From an uncultured Gammaproteobacteria bacterium (GTDB lineage Bacteria; Patescibacteriota; Microgenomatia; UBA1406; GWC2-37-13): 40,111 nucleotides of DNA. The number at the start of each line of letters is the position of its first letter. Position 1 is the first letter of the stretch. The translations under genes and the position numbers were made by a program. Of this stretch, positions 1 through 6,008 are shown piece by piece. The stretch covers positions 16,800 to 56,910 of the forward strand of contig CAYXCP010000001.1 in the NCBI GenBank assembly GCA_964463455.1. The letters are read 5' to 3'. The notes under the pieces were generated by a model. It worked only from the letters and a program-made list of their open reading frames with translations, was not told where the DNA came from and did not search any database.

Positions 1-90
1 GCGGGGCGATGGTCGCACGCTCCAGGCGAGCGCACGCGGGGCGATGGTCGCACGCTCCAGGCGAGCGCACGCGGGGCGATGGTCGCACGC
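1..90 (+). repeat. Tandem direct repeat, 35-bp unit x2.6 (GCGGGGCGATGGTCGCACGC + TCCAGGCGAGCGCAC), truncated by the window edge
   Basis: Units 1-35 and 36-70 are identical. Positions 71-90 repeat the first 20 nt. No unique spacers, so this is not a CRISPR array. Confidence 0.95.
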
Positions 91-148
91 GTACACGAAA
101 AAGGGCGGCGGATATTGCACCCGCAGCCCCTAAGAAGTAACGCACCCT

Positions 149-355
149 TTAGGCGTCCTTTATCCCCCTCATAATTTCCAATAGCCTCATTTTCTCTCTG
201 TCCATCCGCCCCGCTACGCTCCAGGGGGAAGAAGTATTCACTAATGGGAGTGGGGCGATTGACACGGGAAGGGAGACGGGGGATGCGTCCCCTTGCATTT
301 CGGAAAGTATGGCGAGCGTACCCGCGTTGCTGGCGTTTATTTCTGGCGTATTCAT
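149..355 (-). CDS. hypothetical protein (68 aa)
   Basis: ATG start, TAA stop, fits between neighbours without overlap. No recognisable motif. Confidence 0.4.
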   Translation of the reverse strand: MNTPEINASNAGTLAILSEMQGDASPVSLPVSIAPLPLVNTSSPWSVAGRMDREKMRLLEIMRGIKDA

Positions 356-374
356 ATTTCAGGGAAGTGAATGA

Positions 375-623
375 TTAGCAATATCCGATTTTTTCTAGTT
401 GGTAGGGATGAAACCGCCGCAACTGACGCACGGCGGCATCATGCAATTTAATGGCTTTATAAGAAGGTGTCCGCAAGCCATCAGAATAAAGTTCAACGTA
501 TCTTTTAATTATGCCGACAAGTTTTTGAGCGTGTTGGCGAGAATTTATTGCGTCTCCGAGGGTGTATAATTTCCAAAAAACGGGGCGGACATAGTGACGA
601 CGCGGAAAAGAGAATTTATTCAT
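375..623 (-). CDS. hypothetical basic protein (82 aa)
   Basis: ATG start, TAA stop. Composition is closer to the AT-rich phage body than to the flanking GC-rich DNA. Transcribed divergently from the AAA+ gene. Confidence 0.55.
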   Translation of the reverse strand: MNKFSFPRRHYVRPVFWKLYTLGDAINSRQHAQKLVGIIKRYVELYSDGLRTPSYKAIKLHDAAVRQLRRFHPYQLEKIGYC

Positions 624-908
624 GATATTTTAATGTTGTTGGTTATGGGGCGAAAGAAGAAGTAATGCACCCGCCGCCCCTTGTCAATCTCCAGGGGTGA
701 AATTGTAGGAAAGTATTTGCCGGGCACTTGGCACGGTTTCCGCTCCACTGGGGACGCGTACGCGTATTTGACAAAGAAGAAGTAACGCACGCGAAAAAAA
801 ATCATTTTCCGCCGTTGACAAGAAGTTTTCCGGGGCGGAGTATAGGCGCGCCACGGGGCGCGATGGTCGCACCCCTGGCCCTTTCCACCAAAAACCAAAA
901 AACACGTT
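624..908. promoter_or_regulatory. Divergent intergenic control region with repeat boxes
   Basis: Two copies of AAAGAAGAAGTAAYGCAC (653-670, 773-790; 120 bp apart). Perfect 12-bp palindrome ACGCGTACGCGT (754-765). TTGACA at 815-820. Box-A variant GGGGCGCGATGGTCGCAC at 855-872. A-rich, SD-less leader before ATG 909. Confidence 0.5.
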
Positions 909-1970
909 ATGTCTAAATTCAAAATTGAAACCGTAGGGCAAAAAACCGCCACTGGACTTCTCAACACGTACGGCCAGCGAGTACTGGACACGGGACACGC
1001 GGGGAAACCGCGGTTGATTCTCGGCCCGGCGGGCGTTGGTAAATCGCACATTACAGAAGCGTTTGTAACGGAACTTGAAACGCAACTAAACGCGCAAGGG
1101 CGGGATTGCACCGTTCTGCGCGTTGAATCCGCTTCGGAATTCTCCCGCGCTGACGCACCCGCAAGCCTGGAACTCAAGGAAGCGTTGAAAAATTCTTGCC
1201 TGGGGATTTTCTCCATTATTTTTGTGGATGAGGCGCACAGCTTACCCCTTGCGCCTTTCGCCCCGTCCCCCTCGCCTATGCAACGCGTATTCAATACCCT
1301 GCTGTATGGTTCCGGCCAGGGCTGGGAGCGTTCCGGGCACGTTGAATTCAAAGGGGAAGCGGTTTCCTTTGACTCCCGGAATCTCTGCTTTGTTTTCCTC
1401 ACGAATCACCCGGAAAAAATGGGCGGGGGACGGAATTCCGACGCTATCCGCCGCCGTATGCAAGAAGTAACGCTTGAACTGTACACGGCAAAGGAAATGA
1501 ATCAGGTACTCCCCGCGTACTTCGAGAAAAAAGGGCGGATGGTCGCACCTGACGCAATGAAGGAGATTAGTAAATTCCACCGGGGTACGCTTGCGGCGGT
1601 TGACCATATCTTAGAACTCCTTCCCGCGTTTGGCGAAATTACCCTGGCTGACGTGCAAGAAGTCTTGCCCGTGTCAAAGTATAAACTGCGCGGTTTCCTC
1701 GCCCTGGAACTCCAGGCGATGAAATGGCTAAGGGAAACCACGGAACCAAAGAAACGGCAAAACCTGGCCTTGCGTTTTAAGGGCCTGGACATTTCGGAAA
1801 TGTACCGCCACGCAATTTCCCAGTGCACCCCCAGCAAGGCGGGGTTGATTGCGTCCCCCTTTATGACCATTAACAATAGTCAAGAGTACTTGATTATTGA
1901 TGATATTTGGGATGTTTGGGTGCGCAAGAATTCCGCCGCCCTGGCGCACGTATTCGACAAGAACGTTTAA
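909..1970 (+). CDS. AAA+ ATPase (RuvB/Cdc6/clamp-loader-like); putative replication initiator or loader
   Basis: Walker A GPAGVGKSH, Walker B IIFVDEAH, sensor-1-like FVFLTN, Arg-rich AIRRRM box, sensor-2-like HRGT. The C-terminal ~100 aa could be a winged helix. The specific role is inference. Confidence 0.85.
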   Translation: MSKFKIETVGQKTATGLLNTYGQRVLDTGHAGKPRLILGPAGVGKSHITEAFVTELETQLNAQGRDCTVLRVESASEFSRADAPASLELKEALKNSCLGIFSIIFVDEAHSLPLAPFAPSPSPMQRVFNTLLYGSGQGWERSGHVEFKGEAVSFDSRNLCFVFLTNHPEKMGGGRNSDAIRRRMQEVTLELYTAKEMNQVLPAYFEKKGRMVAPDAMKEISKFHRGTLAAVDHILELLPAFGEITLADVQEVLPVSKYKLRGFLALELQAMKWLRETTEPKKRQNLALRFKGLDISEMYRHAISQCTPSKAGLIASPFMTINNSQEYLIIDDIWDVWVRKNSAALAHVFDKNV

Positions 1971-1989
1971 CCTTTAACCTTCCTTTATA

Positions 1990-2583
1990 ATGAATCCTAC
2001 TGCACAAATTACGCTCCATTTCGTACCCGCCTCCCTGGCGGAATTCCGGGAGGCGGTTTCAATCCTACGGGGGGCGAATATCGCACCCGCCGCCGTTACG
2101 GTCGCACCCCCCGCCGCCGCCCCTATGAGCGCACCCGCCGCCCTTCCCGTGCGTCAGGCGAGCGCACCCGCCCCGCTACCGGTCGCACCCGCCCCGCGTC
2201 AGGCGAGCGCACCCCCCGCCGCCTCACGCACGGCAAAGAAGAAACACCCCCTAGAACTCCATTTTAATTTCCTATACCGGAAGAAATTCACGGTTTCCGA
2301 TGCGGATTGCCTGGCGGTTGATTACACGGGGGACAAGGGAGCGGTTGACCGGGAAACGCGCCTTTCCATGATTGCAACGCGCCTTGTCAACGGCGGGGTT
2401 GACAGGGACGGGGCGGAAGTAGCGGGAATGCCGGAAGAACAAGTACAGGCGATGATTGACAACGCGGGGGACGCGTCAGGCTATGCGGATGGGGACGGGG
2501 ACGCGGGCGGGGTTGACCCTGACGCACCCGCACCCCCGGAAAGTATCGCACGCATGGGGGACTTTGACCCGGAAGAAGTCTAA
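1990..2583 (+). CDS. hypothetical protein with Pro/Ala-rich linker and acidic C-terminus (197 aa)
   Basis: ATG start, TAA stop. The linker (…VAPPAAAPMSAPAALPVRQASAPAPLPVAPAPRQASAPPAA…) is encoded by the repeat boxes. The C-terminal half is Asp/Gly-rich. Confidence 0.6.
   Translation: MNPTAQITLHFVPASLAEFREAVSILRGANIAPAAVTVAPPAAAPMSAPAALPVRQASAPAPLPVAPAPRQASAPPAASRTAKKKHPLELHFNFLYRKKFTVSDADCLAVDYTGDKGAVDRETRLSMIATRLVNGGVDRDGAEVAGMPEEQVQAMIDNAGDASGYADGDGDAGGVDPDAPAPPESIARMGDFDPEEV
2071..2214 (+). repeat. Array of GCACCC-terminated boxes inside ORF 1990..2583
   Basis: GCACCC starts at 2083, 2104, 2131, 2164, 2185 and 2209 (spacings 21-33 bp). Exact 19-nt direct repeat GCGTCAGGCGAGCGCACCC at 2151-2169 and 2196-2214. 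Confidence 0.9.
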
Positions 2584-2613
2584 ACGGGGGACGGGAAAGA
2601 AGAAGTAACGGCT

Positions 2614-2639
2614 GGGGCGTACTCGAAAGGGTACGCCCC
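2614..2639 (+). terminator. GC-rich hairpin downstream of ORF 1990..2583 (possible terminator without U-tract)
   Basis: GGGGCGTAC (2614-2622) pairs perfectly with GTACGCCCC (2631-2639) across an 8-nt loop. Only TT follows, so termination activity is uncertain. Confidence 0.4.
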
Positions 2640-2655
2640 TTGCACGTACGGGGCG

Positions 2656-2696
2656 CAAGGCGAGCGCACCACGCACGCGGGGCGATGGTCGCACGC
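2656..2696 (+). repeat. Distal copy of the window-start repeat boxes (box B variant + exact 20-mer box A)
   Basis: CAAGGCGAGCGCAC at 2656-2669. GCGGGGCGATGGTCGCACGC at 2677-2696 is identical to positions 1-20. Confidence 0.9.
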
Positions 2697-2815
2697 ATAG
2701 GGGGGCGGAAAGAAGAAGTAACGCACGCGTCAGGGTGCGACAAAGGGACGCACAAAAGGGGACGCATGGAAGAAGAAGAAACCGCGCCAAACTGGCGCAC
2801 CACGGGCGCGAGCGG

Positions 2816-2873
2816 GTGCGTCATAATGGCACTCTCATAAGTGATAAAACGGGCGGGGGTGTGTCATAATGGC
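2816..2873 (+). repeat. Pair of 15-bp direct repeats GTG(C/T)GTCATAATGGC
   Basis: Copies at 2816-2830 and 2859-2873, differing at one base. Each contains a CATAAT -10-like hexamer. Confidence 0.8.
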
Positions 2874-3100
2874 GCAGGCCCCCTGGCATTAATGAAAAAG
2901 TAAACCGTGACAATTTGGCACACCTAGGGGGGTGGCACCCACCCACCTCAAAACTGAAAATCCCCTATCTCAGAGTGATTTGTAGTAACTCTACGAGTTC
3001 CTACCTTTGCTGGCGCTTACTCGTATAACCTTATCCCTTCATTGGATTTCCCCCGGAAAGCCAATGCCCCCCATTAATCGAAAGGAAAGTCAATATCCTG

Positions 3101-3144
3101 AAAACAAAAAGGCCCGCCCGAAAAAATCCGGGGGGCTTATTTTT
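3101..3144. terminator. Bidirectional rho-independent terminator
   Basis: GCCCGCCCG (3112-3120) pairs with CGGGGGGC (3129-3136), giving 8 GC pairs with one bulged G. A-run 3101-3111 (T-run on the - strand) and TTATTTTT at 3137-3144. Sits just after the stop of the leftward operon. Confidence 0.65.
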
Positions 3145-3149
3145 GCACA

Positions 3150-3602
3150 TTATGGAGTGATTTGCGGGGCACAGCTTTCACACTGACACCCTTTCGACAC
3201 ATATTGATAAGGCCCACCATACAGAAGGCCATAGGACGAATACCATTGCAAGGTATATCCCAACTTATTCAGTTCCTCCACCTCGGGGAGTTTCTCCACT
3301 ACTTCTTTTAGTTCAGCAACTCTCTTCGCATTAGCCTCTGCCTGCCCATACCTGATTTCAAGGCTTTTCGCAAGCGCGGCTACTTCATCATCCCACGTAT
3401 CTTTATCAGGAACGTTTTGCCAACTAATCCAGCCCGAATAGAGATTGTATCCTGAGTGCGGGTATCTGTAGTCCCAGTCAATCGTGTGGTTGATGTTTGA
3501 GATATATACCTCGTGGCCGTTCTTCGCCAGCCCCGCCTTCTCGATTGCCTCCGTCACGAACGTAACGAGCATCGCCTTTAGTTTATCTAGTTCTTCTTTC
3601 AT
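3150..3602 (-). CDS. hypothetical protein (150 aa)
   Basis: The track ORF begins at TTG 3614. ATG at 3602 forms an ATGA overlap with the upstream stop, so it is preferred. TAA stop. Confidence 0.7.
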   Translation of the reverse strand: MKEELDKLKAMLVTFVTEAIEKAGLAKNGHEVYISNINHTIDWDYRYPHSGYNLYSGWISWQNVPDKDTWDDEVAALAKSLEIRYGQAEANAKRVAELKEVVEKLPEVEELNKLGYTLQWYSSYGLLYGGPYQYVSKGCQCESCAPQITP

Positions 3603-3832
3603 ATAGTTTTCCAATCTGATTTGTAAACCTCCACCGAACCTAATGGCAGAGTAATTTCCTTGATGAACTGCTTGGCGTGGTATTCAGTGTTAAATAACTC
3701 GGGGTTCATCAGCCATCCACTTTCACGCCAATAAGAGCGGCGAAAGCAGTCTTTTAGCTTTTCGCGGCTTTGAGAGAACACCATGAACTTGCCTGTTTGG
3801 GTCTTTAGGATTCTGTGTCTTGTCTGTTTCAT
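3599..3832 (-). CDS. hypothetical protein (77 aa)
   Basis: ATG at 3832 lies 1 nt after the upstream stop (3834-3836). The longer ATG 3898 start would overlap the upstream gene by 65 nt. Confidence 0.6.
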   Translation of the reverse strand: MKQTRHRILKTQTGKFMVFSQSREKLKDCFRRSYWRESGWLMNPELFNTEYHAKQFIKEITLPLGSVEVYKSDWKTI

Positions 3833-3833
3833 G

Positions 3834-4208
3834 TTACATGTTTCCATAGCATCCATCGTATGAGTCACGCCAGTTATGAGATTCGGCGAACAAGTCATCT
3901 TCTATAATAGTCAGCCTTTCGTATTCGATTGTGCTTTCCACTTGCTGAGCCGCGAACATTGGCGCGATTATAGTTTCCATAATTCTGTCGTCACTCGCAG
4001 CGGCGCGGTCTGTAATGATGCGGTCAAATCGCCAACCGCAAAGCTTTTCAGTAAGGGGAATGGCGTATAGTTTAAAGTCGTCAAGCTCCAAAGAATAGTA
4101 ATCCGCACTATGGATCACTTTCGGTTTAAGCTCTATGATCTGCTTCTCTACTGCTCTAAACACTCTCTTGGATTTACTCCATTGGGATAACGCGATTGCG
4201 ATTTTCAT
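3834..4208 (-). CDS. hypothetical protein (124 aa)
   Basis: ATG start, TAA stop, tightly coupled to both neighbours. Confidence 0.7.
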   Translation of the reverse strand: MKIAIALSQWSKSKRVFRAVEKQIIELKPKVIHSADYYSLELDDFKLYAIPLTEKLCGWRFDRIITDRAAASDDRIMETIIAPMFAAQQVESTIEYERLTIIEDDLFAESHNWRDSYDGCYGNM

Positions 4209-4399
4209 TATCTTAAGTCTATGCTTTCAATTCTCTTATCTGTATCTATCAGCGACTCCGAAAGAGTCAGCCAAAACTTGCCATCCTTGGTTTCTTGCAA
4301 GGAAAGTGATTGGTTGAAGTCTTTGGGTAAAGTTGAGAAGCCTTTTAGCTCGCAGTCCTTATAAGAACCGTCCGTAAATCTAAATCTCATTAATCTCAT
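4208..4399 (-). CDS. hypothetical protein (63 aa)
   Basis: ATG 4399 forms an ATGA overlap with the upstream TGA (4396-4398). The longest ATG is at 4441. Confidence 0.55.
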   Translation of the reverse strand: MRLMRFRFTDGSYKDCELKGFSTLPKDFNQSLSLQETKDGKFWLTLSESLIDTDKRIESIDLR

Positions 4400-4746
4400 T
4401 GGGGTAGTTCTGATAATTCTGATTTGCCGCATTCCGTACATTGATACCTCGCAGTATCTCCATAGTCAGCGATCTCGACCCATTTTGGGTGTTTGCACTT
4501 TGCTTGGCGGGCGAGAATCTCTTTACGATCTTCCTCCCACTGCGCTTTGGCTTTTACCTCCGCCTTGACCCAGCCCTTTTTCTTAGATGGGTGCATTGGG
4601 CACTTGGTCTGATTCTTGAGTTGTTCTGTCAACTCCTTAACTGCCAGGATAAGCCTGGCGCGGGTCTGCTCGAAAGTTTCATTCTTTCCGCAGGAAATTT
4701 CGGAGTGTACGATATTGTCGTCTCCTACATCAATTACTAGCTTCAT
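4396..4746 (-). CDS. hypothetical protein with C-terminal Zn-ribbon-like CxxC pair (116 aa)
   Basis: C-terminus contains CKHP…CTEC. ATG start, TGA stop. Confidence 0.7.
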   Translation of the reverse strand: MKLVIDVGDDNIVHSEISCGKNETFEQTRARLILAVKELTEQLKNQTKCPMHPSKKKGWVKAEVKAKAQWEEDRKEILARQAKCKHPKWVEIADYGDTARYQCTECGKSELSELPQ

Positions 4747-4942
4747 AGTTTATTTACAGTGTCTTCGATCTCTTCCCAAATCTGTCTAATCTCTTCCTCG
4801 GTGAGACCCGTAGCGCGAACGTACAATCCGTCATAGCCATAAGGGCAATGCCAATGGGCATGTTTTGGAAGTGGAAAATTAATCGGGACTGCGAAAGAAA
4901 TATAAGGAAGGCTTAAGTATTCATCGGGGCAGGTGTGTTCTG

Positions 4943-5071
4943 ACCTTAGCCCCGATAATCTACAGGAACAAGCCCTTCGACTTGGTAGCCATTATCCATG
5001 TGGGGCAGCTTAAGCATGACGCAGTAGTGCTCCCAATTATTGTGTGTGTATTTGTACCAAAAAGGTTCCAT
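4943..5071 (-). CDS. possible small ORF (42 aa)
   Basis: The ATG shares its A with the upstream TGA (TGATG). It lies in a 324-bp stretch with no ORF of 60 aa or more. Translated by hand. Confidence 0.25.
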
Positions 5072-5256
5072 CATATCGTTAACGCTTCAATATCATCGAG
5101 TAGTTCAATCGTCCTCGTTCTCCACTTGGGGTTATCTCTCAAATCAAAAGCGAAAGCCTTCACCAAGTCTTTTACATCGCCTTTTTTAACAAAGCCATTT
5201 TGCCCACGCTTGCGTAGAAGCGCGTTTAGTCGTAACAGAAATTCTGTGTTATTCAT
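5071..5256 (-). CDS. hypothetical protein (61 aa)
   Basis: The track start 5262 is TTG. ATG at 5256 lies 2 nt after the upstream stop. Confidence 0.6.
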   Translation of the reverse strand: MNNTEFLLRLNALLRKRGQNGFVKKGDVKDLVKAFAFDLRDNPKWRTRTIELLDDIEALTI

Positions 5257-5701
5257 TTTCAAAAATATTGCCTACGACGATAAGCTTCTTAGCTTTAGCG
5301 CCTGTTAAATCAACGAAGTTGTGTTCGTCTTTATGCTCCCATCCTTCGGGGTCCAATGCGTAGTTTGCCAAGAATTGATTGAAGCGAACTGTTACGGGAG
5401 TGTTCTTAGCAATCAATCCCATTCGTCCTAAAGCTACGCTAGATTCAAGGATGTCTCCTTCATAAATCTCTGTTCCGTTGCGATCTAATAAGCCCGTCCA
5501 TTGTTGGACGACCAGGTTTTTCAGTTCGTAACTTTGAAGCGGGCCTTCCCATTCATCGCACCACGGGTCTAGCCCATCATCATACGATACAAAGCGTCTG
5601 GTAATTACGCCGTCAGGAATACGAATTCTATAGTCGTCGTCCTCTTTCGCCCAACGCTTTTGTCCTAAGTGCCAAACTCTAAACTTAGTTCTCATAAACA
5701 T
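5249..5701 (-). CDS. YopX-family protein
   Basis: N-terminal KFRVW, central GTEIYEGDIL, C-terminal VGNIFENE. This matches the YopX (PF09643) pattern. Confidence 0.85.
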   Translation of the reverse strand: MFMRTKFRVWHLGQKRWAKEDDDYRIRIPDGVITRRFVSYDDGLDPWCDEWEGPLQSYELKNLVVQQWTGLLDRNGTEIYEGDILESSVALGRMGLIAKNTPVTVRFNQFLANYALDPEGWEHKDEHNFVDLTGAKAKKLIVVGNIFENE

Positions 5702-6008
5702 TACCTACGATCTCATAGTCATACATGAGACCATGAATCGGAATTTTTGATAAGCTCCATCTACCTTCGGGGGTCCAATGAACAGTATGCTTGTGTTTTA
5801 GTCCAATATCAGCGTTCATAGGAAATGGCTTTACCCACCCCTCAACGATGTCCCCTTCGTAAATTTCTTTACCGTTTACATCTTTGAATCCCGTATATTG
5901 ATCGGGGGTAGATACCCCGCCCGCGATACCCTGAGGGTAATCATATACGGTGAAGTATTCAAATGTCTTAGGCGCGTGGCACCAGATTCTAAATTTTAGT
6001 TCTCTCAT
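5685..6008 (-). CDS. YopX-family protein
   Basis: MRELKFRIW…GKEIYEGDIV…VGNVYEN. Confidence 0.85.
   Translation of the reverse strand: MRELKFRIWCHAPKTFEYFTVYDYPQGIAGGVSTPDQYTGFKDVNGKEIYEGDIVEGWVKPFPMNADIGLKHKHTVHWTPEGRWSLSKIPIHGLMYDYEIVGNVYEN

Larger units (their letters stand above)
2596..2726 (+). repeat. Two copies of box C (AAAGAAGAAGTAAC) 113 bp apart in non-coding DNA
   Basis: AAAGAAGAAGTAACGGC at 2596-2612 and AAAGAAGAAGTAACGCAC at 2709-2726. Both are preceded by a G-rich GGGRCGG element. A degenerate third copy lies around 2768-2788. Confidence 0.85.

Noticed and set aside
1-90. Possible CRISPR array at the window start
   Set aside because: The 35-bp units are directly adjacent with no unique spacers, there are no cas genes, and the same boxes occur singly elsewhere. 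This is a tandem repeat.
620-1402. 260-aa minus-strand ORF (and the 684..1085, 1242..1607, 1502..1876 ORFs)
   Set aside because: They are antisense to the AAA+ ATPase gene, which has clear Walker motifs. Long shadow ORFs are expected in GC-rich DNA. The sequences are low-complexity and Arg/Ser/Pro-rich.
2497-2518. G-quadruplex-like run GGGGACGGGGACGCGGGCGGGG
   Set aside because: It lies inside the coding sequence for the Asp/Gly-rich tail (GDGDAGG) and is explained by codon content. No independent evidence supports a structural role.
2387-2840. ORFs 2387..2824(-), 2476..2790(-) and 2640..2840(+)
   Set aside because: They run through the repeat boxes and hairpins, have Arg/Pro-rich junk-like sequence, and overlap each other. 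They are most likely artefacts of GC-rich non-coding DNA.
2880-3150. Prophage attachment site or host junction, or a tRNA at the compositional boundary
   Set aside because: No integrase is adjacent and no tRNA-like T-arm or acceptor features are seen. The GC-rich side shares SD-less A-rich start contexts and contains a phage-like low-GC ORF. This is not excluded; see the finding.
4982-5308. 108-aa plus-strand ORF (TTG start)
   Set aside because: It is opposite in polarity to the surrounding operon, overlaps the 5071..5256 and YopX genes, and has a low-complexity Ser/Leu/Phe translation.
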